Of a stretch of DNA of 64,000 bases, positions 23,000-33,578 are shown in pieces. A program made the position numbers and the translations under genes. The stretch comes from Paramoeba atlantica. Lineage: Eukaryota; Protista; Discosea. The DNA lies in the NCBI GenBank assembly GCA_977017575.1, contig CDRNVI010000048.1, positions 124,001 through 188,000 on the forward strand. Direction: 5' to 3'. The notes below the pieces were generated by a model that saw only the letters and a program-made list of their open reading frames with translations, was not told where the DNA came from and made no database searches. The stretch's first letter is position 1. Every line of letters starts with the position of its first letter.

Positions 23000-23725
23000 A
23001 TGGCAGAAACATTCTGCGTGGGATATGGGCAGAAAGAAAAGCACGCTCACTTCTCGCGCTGTCGAAGCCACGTAACTCTGGAATCGCAGGTGGAATCTTC
23101 GATGGAGGAAACCGTGCAATTTACAATAAAGCAGGTTGCTTCCTACGTGCGAAGTCTCACCGGGGACAAATTTGTTGAGCAAAGCAAATGCGCCAGATTG
23201 CTGGACTCGAAGGCCGATAAAGAAAAATGGGTTTACGCGTCCTCTTGTTCAAGAAAAGAAGACATTACCTCCGTCTTGAGATACAGAAGTGGTAAGCTCC
23301 GAGCAGAAAGCACGTTTCCACACCTTAACATACGGCAATGTCGAGTCTGGAATGTCAATGAAACTGGACTCCTCGTTTCGCACGGAATGAAGTACTGCTA
23401 TTGCAAGAAAGGCACTGTTTCTCCGGAAGCCACGTCGAACATAAAATCTGAACACGGGTTTGTGCAAGTGGTTAAGCCACAAGTTGCACGAAACAATGAT
23501 TATTCATTTCATAGAGCGCATGGAAGAGAGCACCCTAGATACTTGGGCGGATTGGTTACTGAATCGTCATCAGCAGCTTCAAGGAGGATTAAAAACTTGT
23601 TTAAGACACTTTGCGAGATTCCTATCGATGAAACCATCCTACTTGAGACATTATTTTTGATGGCAAAGGCCCGTGACACGGGACACATGTTCTACAAAGA
23701 TACCATGAAAAATACAAAAATGTAG
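23000..23725 (+). pseudogene. Probable degenerate pogo/Tc5-type transposase
   Basis: The only long plus-strand ORF inside the minus-strand cluster. RVWNVNETGL resembles the pogo-family IxNxDETG with the catalytic D changed to N. TCATAAGCGCAC at about 23813 resembles the 2186-2366 MITE motif. Confidence 0.45.
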
Positions 23726-23732
23726 CATACTA

Positions 23733-23748
23733 TTTCTGTACCTTGTTG
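23733..23748 (+). repeat. Spliced-leader 3'-end relic (16 nt)
   Basis: TTTCTGTACCTTGTTG is identical to the SL 3' end and is followed by GG, not GT. Confidence 0.55.
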
Positions 23749-24114
23749 GGTCTTAACCTTACAGCTCGTCCTTTGTTTTTTACCTTGTAACTATTTGCCT
23801 TAGAAAAAGAACTCATAAGCGCACCAAAATTGGGAGAACTCATAAGCAGGGGGGCATAGTAATTTCACCGGTGGTCTAATTCGTTCAATGATTTGTGTGT
23901 ACATAGGAGGTGCCAATATGAGGCAAGTTAACATTATAGAAAGAACATCCCCAACGTAACAGCAAGTTTAGCAAGTTTGTTAAGGTTGGGGAAGGTACCA
24001 TTAATTAAAAATTTATCTAGCAAGTGCTTCACACAGTATACTGTAAGTCTCATGGATGTAGATCATGTACGCATATCACCTCTAAGCTTTGTACGACTAA
24101 TCAAGAGTCACAAC

Positions 24115-24873
24115 TCAGGACTTTCCTTCCAGCTTTTGCAAAATCTTACGCGCAGAAAAGAATTGTGGTGACGTAGATACAGGTATATTTTGGTTTCCTT
24201 TTTCTTCATGCTGTGTAAAAGAGGTATTTGGTTCAGAATCTTTCTTCAGCTCCGCGCCTTGTTCTATCTTTCTCTCATTTAGCCTCCGGAATTTTGTTTT
24301 TGGTACTTCTGCAGCAGTTCCAATAACGCGACACTTCGATTTCGTTATTGCAGTAGAATCCTGCGGAGCCCACTTTGGTTGTTGTAGCCCGGCGAATTGA
24401 TTAAAACATTTCGTGTGTAGGTGTATATTTGACATTCTGCAAATTTCATCCACATATGACGCACTTTTCGCATCAGTGGGTAGTATTCGGGGTTTACCTA
24501 TACAAATCAGACTCCCTAGCTCCCCTTGATCCCATCGGGTGCAACGATTTGCTTTGCTGCCGCTCTGTGCGCGAGAAACTCGGTGAAGGAGTTGGTCCCA
24601 AACTTTCTGCATTGTACTTATTTCGCTTACCAAATGATTGAAGTAGCCTCTTTGTTTTTCCAGTTTCCACTTTTTCTCCTCAAGCAAAATATCTAAATCA
24701 TGAATTTCCTTTTTTCCCGCATCGATTTGCAAGACATAGTCATGTACCTTGCAAGTCGTTTCCTTGAGTTGGGAGCTATGTTGCTGTAGGCTCTTCACTG
24801 TTGCCATCGTATCTTGCTCGCACTGTTGACTTTGAGCTTGTACTTCGCATAACAAGGAAAAGGTTTGATCCAT
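24115..24873 (-). CDS. Hypothetical coiled-coil protein
   Basis: Q/E/K-rich heptad-like N-terminal half; ATG at 24873. Confidence 0.6.
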   Translation of the reverse strand: MDQTFSLLCEVQAQSQQCEQDTMATVKSLQQHSSQLKETTCKVHDYVLQIDAGKKEIHDLDILLEEKKWKLEKQRGYFNHLVSEISTMQKVWDQLLHRVSRAQSGSKANRCTRWDQGELGSLICIGKPRILPTDAKSASYVDEICRMSNIHLHTKCFNQFAGLQQPKWAPQDSTAITKSKCRVIGTAAEVPKTKFRRLNERKIEQGAELKKDSEPNTSFTQHEEKGNQNIPVSTSPQFFSARKILQKLEGKS

Positions 24874-25416
24874 TTTTGTATGAAAAATAAAGATAAAAAA
24901 GACAGAAATTCCCTTTTTCACTTTATAACCCACTAAAAGTAAATAAAAAAAATCATAGCTAATTCAGTACTACCGAGTAAAATGTATTGACAACGTCGGC
25001 CAGATCTAAATAGTTTTTAACATAGTTCAATGGCAAATATTTCTAAATGTGGTTCCTTTCATTGGTCGACCTTCCATGCCTAAAGAATTATTCAACCCTT
25101 CATAAAAAAAAGGTGCGGTAAATGTAAATTCAATAAACAAGACGTATTGACATATCGAATAAATTAGCACGGGTCTAGATACAATTAGCCATCAATTTGT
25201 GTTTTAAATCCCAAGCCAACAAATCTCCAATAAAAATCAGGAACTGTAGCCTGTTTATCGTTTTTCTTAATAAACCAATATGTACACACATAGTTTCCAA
25301 TCCATTTATTTTTTGTTTTATGAACAATGACACATAATCTTCTTCAAACCGTATTCCTTTGCAAACAATTACCAACCTGGGTTCACTTTTGCATTCACCC
25401 TATTTCCCCCCTCCAC

Positions 25417-25896
25417 TTAGCCATCCATTTCCTCCACCGTCATCGTGTACATCGGCGGGGTGAGATGAAAGAACGGTCTAAGAAATTTCCCATCCGCGGC
25501 CCATACCTCAGCGCCGTATACCTTCTTGGACCACTCCTTGCCGTACGTACTGTCGAGGTGCTCCGGCAGACGGTTAAATATCGGCAAATAGAGCACAATG
25601 TAGTTCAAATCCACAAACAGCACGACGACGAGAAACCACATGAAATTCATCATGATCCACACGAGTTTGGAGGTTCCGTAGTTCCACCGAACGAGGCCTA
25701 ACTCGTACACCCGGCGGTCATCCCACTGGACAGCCTCATAGGGGGCTTTGTGTAACCAGGTGAAAGGCAAGTCGTTGTAGCACGCGTACATGCGCTCGTA
25801 GGAGTCCATGTCCGCCGCCAGCAGAGGTTTGGACCGTTTCATGAGTAAATTGATGCTCGAGGGGTGAAAGGACACCGAGGGTCGGGTGCGCCGCAT
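25417..25896 (-). CDS. Single-pass membrane protein resembling kinetoplastid cytochrome c oxidase subunit VIII
   Basis: Mitochondrial-type N-terminus (MRRT..), one TM segment, C-terminal WAADGKFLRPFFHLTPPMYTMT. The COX VIII similarity is from memory and needs a BLAST check. Confidence 0.5.
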   Translation of the reverse strand: MRRTRPSVSFHPSSINLLMKRSKPLLAADMDSYERMYACYNDLPFTWLHKAPYEAVQWDDRRVYELGLVRWNYGTSKLVWIMMNFMWFLVVVLFVDLNYIVLYLPIFNRLPEHLDSTYGKEWSKKVYGAEVWAADGKFLRPFFHLTPPMYTMTVEEMDG

Positions 25897-26237
25897 GGGA
25901 GAGGAGCTTTACGTCCGGTGATGCAATAAAGGGAGCTGTCTTGTAGCAGAAAAAAGGAGTATAATTCTGAAGCAAACTAAAAATACGAATTCAACCTTTG
26001 TTTATGCAGTTCTTAATCCAAAAATTGATGAAACCAAAAGCCATCTTAAAACAACAACCAGAGTATTACAAATAGACTACAACTAACACGGGAAGGTTTT
26101 TATTTACACGCCATATGCAAATCATTTATACGAACTAGAGAAGGCTGTATCTCACCTCTTACGTACTACTACACAACCTTGCTCACTCAGATACACTACC
26201 TAGGTACGTTACCTACCCAAGCTTATCCACCTTTGGA

Positions 26238-28829
26238 CTAAACATCAAACAAGAGCAGACGCTTCCACTCCTCACTTTCCCGACACCCGCTCCCCGACGT
26301 ATCCTCCCCAAGTGAGGAATCCGTCGACGCGTCCGAAGTCTCCTGCGTGAGTCTGGCAACTTGCCTCGAGTACTCACCCCGTAACGTACTGTACCACTGC
26401 AGTATTTGCGCTCGAGAGATCGCATCCCCCGCGGCCATATCCCGCATCACAAAATGAGCACAACTGCACAGCAACTGCACATCATCCCCCACCCGCAGTG
26501 CCTCCACCATCCCCGCCTCATTCTCCCTCCGCGCCTCCTCCTCCTTCTTCTCCCTCGCATAGACCCAGGACTGCACACGATGAACCATCGCCGCCACATT
26601 CCCCGGCACCACCCCCCCCCTCCCCCTCAACACCTCCACCACCCCCCTCCCCGATCCCACCCCCCCACTCTCCGCCCCCCTCACCACCTCCACCACACGG
26701 CACCCCAGCGGCAACCCCTTCCACCTCTTCATCCTCACCCCCTCTTCCTCTTCCCCCTCCTCCCCCTCCCCTCCCCTCACCCACCGCTGCACGGCCCTGT
26801 ACCCCCTCTCCTGGCCCCCTGCGCTACTCTCCCGCACCGCCCTGCCGAGATGGGCCCCGCACCCCGCCCTCTCCCCCACCACCCACGCCACCGCCGCGAC
26901 CATCCCGTGGAGGCCCGCGCGGTGGGGGCCGTCCCCCCGGAGCCGCCCGCGGGGGTAGGCCGCGAGGAGGCGGGCGAGGGCGGAGAGGGCCGCGACGGCG
27001 GGGCAGAGCCGCAGCCGGGCGACGTCGCGGAGGAGGGCGTGGGCGGAGAGGACGAACTTGGCGGCGAGGAGGAGGGCGAGGTGGGCGGCGTGGGTGGGGG
27101 TGAGGGGGCGGCGGTGGGTGGCGTGGAGGGCGGCGTAGAGGCGGAGACGGGCGTGGAGGGCGGAGAGGTGGGCGGGGAGGTCGTGGGGGAGGGGGGGGTC
27201 TGGTTGAGAGGAGGAGAGCTCATGGGAGGGTTGTTGTGGTTGGGGTTGAGAGGAGGAGGAGAGCTCATGGGAGGGTTGTTGGGGTTGGGGTTGAGAGGAG
27301 GAGGAGAGCTCATGGGAGGGTTGTTGGGGTGGTTGAGAGGAGGAGAGCTCATGGGAGGGTTGTTGGGGTGGTTGAGAGGAGGAGGAGAGCTCATGGGAGA
27401 GTTGTTGTGGTGGTTGTTTAGAGGAGGAGGAGAGCTCGTGGGAGGGTTGTTGTGGTGGTTGTTTAGAGGAGGAGGAGAGCTCGTGGGAGGGTTGTTGGGG
27501 TTGGGGTTGAGAGGAGGAGGAGAGCTCGTGGGAGGGTTGTTGTGGTGGTTGTTTAGAGGAGGAGGAGAGCTCGTGGGAGGGTTGTTGGGGTGGTTGAGAG
27601 GAGGAGGAGAGCTCGTGGGAGGGTTGTTGTGGTGGTTGAGAGGAGGAGGAGAGCTCGTGGGAGGGTTGTTGGGGTGGTTGAGAGGAGGAGGAGAGCTCGT
27701 GGGAGGGTTGTTGGGGTTGGGGTTGAGAGGAGGAGGAGAGCTCATGGGAGGGTTGTTGTGGTGGTTGAGAGGAGGAGGAGAGCTCATAGGAGAGTTGTTG
27801 TGGTTGGGGTTGTTGTGGTTGTTGAGAGGAGGAAAAGGAAGAGGAGGAGGAGGAGAAAAATTGATAAAGGTGGTCCCGGAAAGGAGTGGATGCGGCAGCA
27901 GTGGTGGGATGGGATCCCCAGGCGTGTCGTAGCCACAGACGAAGGCAAAGGAGGATGGAGGTGGTGGTGAAATTTTGGGGTGGGGGGTGGGGTGGGGGGG
28001 TGTTTTGGAGGAGCATGCGATGTAAAGATGAGGTTTGAAACGGGTCTATGGGCCAGACATGGAGTGGGGGGGTTGCGCTCGGAACGGTAGGGTCGTCGGT
28101 GGAGGGGAGAATGGAAATCCAATGGGTTAACAGGTGTACAAGTCGTTGTGAACTTTCTTCACGTGGCGAGACATGAGGCTGTGGCTCTACCTCCCTACCA
28201 TCCACTCTGCTTTCGGATTGATCAGGAGAAAGGTTCATGTTTTTAAGCACTTCGAAAAAACTGACAGATTGAACAGGCCGCTTGGACCCTGTGATAGGCT
28301 CACTACCTGCAGCATGCCTCGAATGATCGCTACGGTCGGTTTGCGTAAGCATTTTCTCTAAATAAAGTCGCTGAGGAGCAACACGGTAATAGGTTTCTGA
28401 ACTAGAGCACGCGACGCAGCGCTCTCTTCGTTCGTTCATTTGCGACAACGCACGGGAAAAGTGCTCATGTGCGGACTTAAGATTTCCTCTTCTCTCTGCA
28501 ACGTGTCCTGAGAGCTCATCAAGTTGTGTAAGCAATACACAATCGGATCTCTGCTGTCGTAACGTTTCGAGAGGGCGTAGGATTCGCCTCACATCTTCAT
28601 AGTTCGTTGTGTAGCGCAACAGAATAAATCCAATACGCACTCGTGTCTCGAACTCCGCATGCCGCGAGCAGTGGTATTCTATGTCTCCCTGTTGTGAATT
28701 TGTCACACGGATGGTTTGTATTTGGCTGAGTACGCCGTGTAACACACGTACCCCCTCCAGGATGTAACCAGATGACACCAAAACGTCGCATACGGCCCAG
28801 TGGGCGTATAATACTTCTTGGGTGAGCAT
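26238..28829 (-). CDS. Hypothetical protein (~860 aa) with a central S/Q/P tandem repeat
   Basis: Open across 2.6 kb on the cluster strand, and the repeat length variants all preserve frame. First ATG at 28829. Confidence 0.7.
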   Translation of the reverse strand: MLTQEVLYAHWAVCDVLVSSGYILEGVRVLHGVLSQIQTIRVTNSQQGDIEYHCSRHAEFETRVRIGFILLRYTTNYEDVRRILRPLETLRQQRSDCVLLTQLDELSGHVAERRGNLKSAHEHFSRALSQMNERRERCVACSSSETYYRVAPQRLYLEKMLTQTDRSDHSRHAAGSEPITGSKRPVQSVSFFEVLKNMNLSPDQSESRVDGREVEPQPHVSPREESSQRLVHLLTHWISILPSTDDPTVPSATPPLHVWPIDPFQTSSLHRMLLQNTPPPHPPPQNFTTTSILLCLRLWLRHAWGSHPTTAAASTPFRDHLYQFFSSSSSSFSSSQQPQQPQPQQLSYELSSSSQPPQQPSHELSSSSQPQPQQPSHELSSSSQPPQQPSHELSSSSQPPQQPSHELSSSSQPPQQPSHELSSSSKQPPQQPSHELSSSSQPQPQQPSHELSSSSKQPPQQPSHELSSSSKQPPQQLSHELSSSSQPPQQPSHELSSSQPPQQPSHELSSSSQPQPQQPSHELSSSSQPQPQQPSHELSSSQPDPPLPHDLPAHLSALHARLRLYAALHATHRRPLTPTHAAHLALLLAAKFVLSAHALLRDVARLRLCPAVAALSALARLLAAYPRGRLRGDGPHRAGLHGMVAAVAWVVGERAGCGAHLGRAVRESSAGGQERGYRAVQRWVRGGEGEEGEEEEGVRMKRWKGLPLGCRVVEVVRGAESGGVGSGRGVVEVLRGRGGVVPGNVAAMVHRVQSWVYAREKKEEEARRENEAGMVEALRVGDDVQLLCSCAHFVMRDMAAGDAISRAQILQWYSTLRGEYSRQVARLTQETSDASTDSSLGEDTSGSGCRESEEWKRLLLFDV
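27201..27792 (-). repeat. Coding minisatellite, 14 units of 39/42/45 bp (SHELSSSS[K]QP[Q]PQQP)
   Basis: Fourteen ELSSS units counted in the translation. Confidence 0.95.
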
Positions 28830-29131
28830 TCGGATAGGGGCACTAAGCACCGTAACCACGATCAGCAAAAACCACACCAGTTCATCGATCACAAAGGAGT
28901 CAGCGTTTCATTGTGGTAAGAAATAAAACAAGGTTACGTGGTTAGCTGATAAGCGTGGGTAGAGATTATTGTACAATGTCCAATCTAATTTATTGGGGCA
29001 AAAGCAATTTTTCGTTTCGCCACTATGAATATTCCGATAAACGAATAGAAAAATTCGCTTGATATCTACAAACTGTGAAGCAAGATTTCTTATTTCATTT
29101 ATAATTTAAGTTCTTTATTTGTGAAGATCCA

Positions 29132-30544
29132 TCATGTTTGCGCAGAATAATTTGCCTTTATGTCGGAAAGTAGTCGGGTGATGTCCCACTTGTTGCGGAA
29201 CCCAAAGCTAATGGTGGGGTGTGAACTGTGCTGATCATAACTACCACATAAAAGTTTCTTACAGATCTCATTCGTGGGATAAATGCTATGTTGAAAAACA
29301 CTAGGATCGATGCGCCCTGGCACATCTGCAAGAACTACTAATAAGAAATGTGTACATTTTTGGGAGGCAACTCCCGTATCTAAAAACTCAACGTGATGCA
29401 AGGATAGTATATTTTCAACTTCTAGGCGCAAGGAGACGTACTGGTCGCTCTCTGATGCGTTCGGTGATTCCTGCGACCATCGCCAACAATGAGACTCGAA
29501 CCGCAATTTGGTCACATGCGTGGTCCTAAATAAGCCTATGTGGACAAGTACAGGATTTCTCGTCATGATCTCATCAAAAACGCTCGTATTAAAGTTACAT
29601 GGAGACAAGGAGGTCAATATTTGAAAGTCCTGATCTTTTTTCTCTGTTTTATTCACAGAATTCTCGGTAGCAAAAATATTTTTCAGCGATGGAAGGGGTT
29701 TGAAGCTTGTATGAAAGGGAGATAGCGGGTCAGGTATGTCATCAACGTCGTTATCACATACACGTGATGTGGGACCTGCACCTTCCACGCAATACCCGAC
29801 TTTTCTACGCCCTAAAATGTTCGTCGGCCTGAATTCTAGATCACGGGGCCAAAAATCATTCTCCACACAAGTAGGTTGCATGTTATCAAAAATATTACGC
29901 AGCAGCTCCCCCCTGGGGTAAGATTCTATTCCTTGAAAGTCGTGACCAGACTTTGCTCTATTCGTGGTCGGATGGCTTGATAAGCCCACCGTTTCGAGTC
30001 GCGAAAATTGTGGAGTGAACGGGAGAAGCATAGACTCGCGAAGGCCTTCCGACCCGTCAGGCGACATTGCAGACTTCGAACGACTGCTTCTCTTGCCTAC
30101 AGGAGGCTCGGAGTTTTCTACAGCTATTCTATTCTTTCCGAACTCCGAAGCCGGATCCAACGACTCAAAGCGCCATACCTTGAGGAGTGGGTGACCGTAC
30201 TGCTGCATTGTCATTCGTTCACCGGGGCGTATGGACTGCCCCCCTCCGAAAACAATCTCATCGCGATCCACCAGTTGCACATCCTCAATACGTGCCCCAT
30301 TGACGAAGGTACCATTAGAACTATTTAAATCTTTCAAACGCACCTGACGCTCAGCAATGTTGAGATAGATCACCGCATGCCGTCTACTACAGCACGGCAA
30401 TGGTCCCGATTCAATAATAACATCACAGTCATTGCGTCCAATGGTACGTGATAACTCAGATTCCTTCTTCGGATCAAATTTAATCTCAATGCACTCAGAT
30501 GAAGTGTCCGAAGAGCTTCGAATGCAAGTCAGTTGGAATTTCAT
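29132..30544 (-). CDS. FHA-domain protein
   Basis: IGRN..CSRRHA..LKDLNSSNGTFVNG is the FHA GR/SxxH/NG signature. Confidence 0.9.
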   Translation of the reverse strand: MKFQLTCIRSSSDTSSECIEIKFDPKKESELSRTIGRNDCDVIIESGPLPCCSRRHAVIYLNIAERQVRLKDLNSSNGTFVNGARIEDVQLVDRDEIVFGGGQSIRPGERMTMQQYGHPLLKVWRFESLDPASEFGKNRIAVENSEPPVGKRSSRSKSAMSPDGSEGLRESMLLPFTPQFSRLETVGLSSHPTTNRAKSGHDFQGIESYPRGELLRNIFDNMQPTCVENDFWPRDLEFRPTNILGRRKVGYCVEGAGPTSRVCDNDVDDIPDPLSPFHTSFKPLPSLKNIFATENSVNKTEKKDQDFQILTSLSPCNFNTSVFDEIMTRNPVLVHIGLFRTTHVTKLRFESHCWRWSQESPNASESDQYVSLRLEVENILSLHHVEFLDTGVASQKCTHFLLVVLADVPGRIDPSVFQHSIYPTNEICKKLLCGSYDQHSSHPTISFGFRNKWDITRLLSDIKANYSAQT

Positions 30545-30783
30545 AAGTACACAAAAAATAGTTAAGATAGATACACAAACACAACGGATTAAACTCGGCT
30601 AAAAATCATTAAATCTATATAGCCCACCGAAGGGTCTCTTACCCCCACCAGATACCACAAAACAACCGCAAAAACCCCAATACAATAACTCTCACACAAA
30701 CAAAATAGAGAAAACGGCTAAAAGTAGAATACACAAAAGGGGGCAACTTATGGCATACCCCTCCCTACACCACATAACCAACA

Positions 30784-31568
30784 CTACGGATCTGTAGTTT
30801 GCCTCCTCCGTGCCTCCCACCATTTCACCAGTTCCTCCGTCTGTTTTGTCCGTAACATACACAGCGCCTCGCTACCCAGTTTCCGTGTCTCCGGGGCGGA
30901 GAACATCATGTACTCCTCCAACGTAGGCGTGGACGGCCGACTACTTTTCTTCTGCCGCGCCCGCGTCTTTAACGTCTCCGCGTGGTCCTGCAAATCCGAC
31001 GGCATCTGCCCCTTCGCGTTCGCGGCCCATTTCGCACGGAGCCTCTCTGTTTGGTCGCCATACAAATTGGACTCGGATTTCACCAGCGCATCGATTTGCT
31101 TCGCCTCACGCTCCCACGAGGCGGAGTACCGTGTGACGTAGTGCTCCCACTCCCGGGGGGAGAGGGTGCGGTCCCAGCGGGGGGGGGCACCCTCTCCGTG
31201 CGCGTCTCCCCCGCGAACAGCCAGGGGTTCCACCCCCCCTGGACACTCCTGCGCTCGTAGTGCACAGTGTCCTGTTTGAAATATCGGATCTCGTCGTTTG
31301 CGGTGTGGAGTAACTGGAAGATCACCGACATGATGGCCTGGGCGGATTTCTTTGCAATGTCCACACAGCAGTGACTCCCGTCGCTGTAGACCCCCGTGAT
31401 GGCTTTCGTTGGACAAACGCGCGGACGTAAATCAATTTCAACTTGAGGAAATCGTCGTTTAAAGGCAGGGATTTCTCTCCCCAAGGCGTGACGAATACCA
31501 CTGGAGTTATCGATTAACCCGTACGGGATGATAAGGCGTTTTAAACAGAGCGTCCCGTTACGACTCAT
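30784..31568 (-). CDS. MRPL43: Mitochondrial ribosomal protein mL43, split by a 1-nt homopolymer frameshift at about 31179-31187
   Basis: MSRNGTLCLKRL..SSGIR..SVQGGWNPW is the L51/S25/CI-B8 domain. One extra C in the 9-C run joins the frames as ..ERVPPP-RWDRTLSPREW.. Confidence 0.8.
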
Positions 31569-31659
31569 ATGAAATCTAGAGATGTAGGGTGTGCTAATCC
31601 TTTAATGATTTGCAGGTGAGTGCCTCACTAAAAATAAATTTGTCCAAGTTTATTGCTAA

Positions 31660-32443
31660 ATTGCGGTGGTTGTATAACTACCGCTCTACCCTCGATTAAT
31701 GAAAAAAGTGAACAAAAACAGTTAAAATATAAAGAGCAGCACAGCAATAAATACACAGCAATAAATTTAGTGGCTTCGCTAAACGCGGTGGTTGTTTTCA
31801 ACTTAGAAGTCACTCATGCTGCGCGCTACGCGTTGAAAACTACTACCGCGTTTAACGAAGAGCCTAAAAAAGAAAAATCGCCAAAAGATCATGAATAATC
31901 TATTTTTTTAGGTGAAAAAGCGCGATTTTTCGGCAAAAATTGCGATATTTCAACCCAAATTTGGACCGTTTTTGATGCCTTACCAGTAGGGGTAGGAAGC
32001 GAATTTGCCGAAAAAAACGTTGTAGAATGGTAGCTGAGGTCCAAAACTCGTAAAATACGTTTTAGTAGTCGATTTTGGAAAAATATTATTTTTACGTTTT
32101 TTTGGTCACCCCAAAAATTTCGGAAATTTTGACCTTGTCGGACCCTTCCTGCGCGTACCAGGGGGGGAGGGGGAAATTATCGCCGCGGCCCACTCTACCA
32201 CTTCCCTGCGCTCGATTTTGAAACGCAAAAAAATCGAAAAAAAAATCGAGACGTATGTCCCCCCCCTGGACCCCCCACATGGACACCCCTTTTTTTTTCA
32301 TTTTTTCATTTTTGGACCACCGGAGCCCCCTTTTATATTTTTTTTCTATTATATTACTGTGTTTCTCTTTATATTTTAACTGTTTTTGTTCACCTTTTTT
32401 TCAATAATCGAGGGTAGAGCGGTAGTTATACAACCACCGCAAT
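31660..32443. mobile_element. ~780-bp non-coding element with ~100-bp inverted ends and terminal/internal hairpins
   Basis: ATTGCGGTGGTTGTATAACTACCGCTCTACCCTCGATT.. at 31660 is inverted at 32443; internal hairpin arms at 31774-31802 and 31832-31860. Confidence 0.75.
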
Positions 32444-32450
32444 GTTTATA

Positions 32451-32774
32451 CTGTACCCCCCCCCCTTTATAATAGCCTCGCTTTTGCCCAAATGAACCTA
32501 TAAAGGGGGGGGCGATGGACGATTAAAAATTAGCACAGAAACCGTCCTACATTTGGGAGCGAGGAACCAGAAATTATTCATTCGCTCAGTGGGCCCCGGC
32601 GATCTGCCAAATTAAAATGTCCAGCACCACCCCGTGCCATACCTCGAAGAACCATGTAAAAATATCAAAATATTTAAGACCGTGCAAGAAAATAAGAAAG
32701 AATCTTCCTCGGTTTGCCAAAAAAAGAACCTATAAAGGGGGGGGGGTCGAGGCTATTAGAAACAGGGGGTACAG
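32451..32774. mobile_element. 324-bp TA-flanked MITE
   Basis: TA|CTGTACCCCCCCCCTTTATAATAGCCTCG ... CGAGGCTATTAGAAACAGGGGGTACAG|TA; ends resemble the 2186-2366 MITE. Confidence 0.75.
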
Positions 32775-32779
32775 TAATA

Positions 32780-33385
32780 CAAGAAAAAAATATAAAAGGG
32801 GGGCCCAGTGGTCCAAAACTAAAAAAAAGGGGGGTCCAGCGGGGGGTCCAGGGGGGGATCCAGGAGGGAGGGCATACGCCGCGATTCTTTTTTTATATTT
32901 TTTGCTTTTCAAAATCGAGCGCGGGGAAGTGGTAGAGTATGCCTCCGCGATTATTTTCCACCCCGCCCCACCTGGGGGTGACTCCCCCCTGGTACGCGCA
33001 GGAGAGGTCCGACAAGGTCAAAATTTCCGAAATTTTTGGGATGAAAAAAAAATTGGTCAAAAAAAAAAATTATTTTTCCAAAATCGACTCCTAAAACGTA
33101 TTTTGAGAGCTTGGGACGTCATCTACCATTCTACGACGTTTTTTTCGACAGATTCGCCTCCTACCCCTACTGGTAACGCATCAAAAGCGGCCCAAATTTT
33201 GGAGAAAATTTCTTAATTTTCGCCTAAAAATCGAGCTCTTTCACCCCCAAAAAAAAAATTATTCACGATCTTTAGGCAATTTTTCTTTTTGTGGGTTCTT
33301 TAAACGCGGAGGTAGTTTTCAACTCGCAGCATGAGTGGCTTCTAAATTGAAAACAACCACTACGTTTAACGAAGCCACTGAAAAA
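32780..33385. repeat. Inverted, diverged second copy of the interior of the 31660-32443 element
   Basis: Reverse complement of about 31770-32345, including the hairpin and the GGTCCGACAAGGTCAAAATTTCCGAAATTTTTGGG block. Confidence 0.75.
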
Positions 33386-33578
33386 GAAATTACAAATGTA
33401 AATATACATTTTTATGTCCCTGATAACTTGCGCGCACCTCTTGAGCTCCACACTTGTACTTCTTTTGTCCCATCTCAATGGGATGCCCCTCATATCGTCC
33501 CTTAAATACCCGTCCCGTAATTAAAGCGTCCCGTAATAAAACCAGACACTGTAATTATGATTTTGAGTATCACCGCAA

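Noticed and set aside
27201-27792. CRISPR-like repeat-spacer array
   Set aside because: Contiguous coding minisatellite with no unique spacers.
26406-27932. 508-aa plus-strand ORF and other overlapping long ORFs (26498-27103, 26777-27787, 21530-22294)
   Set aside because: Antisense or alternate-frame shadows of GC-rich, repetitive coding DNA.
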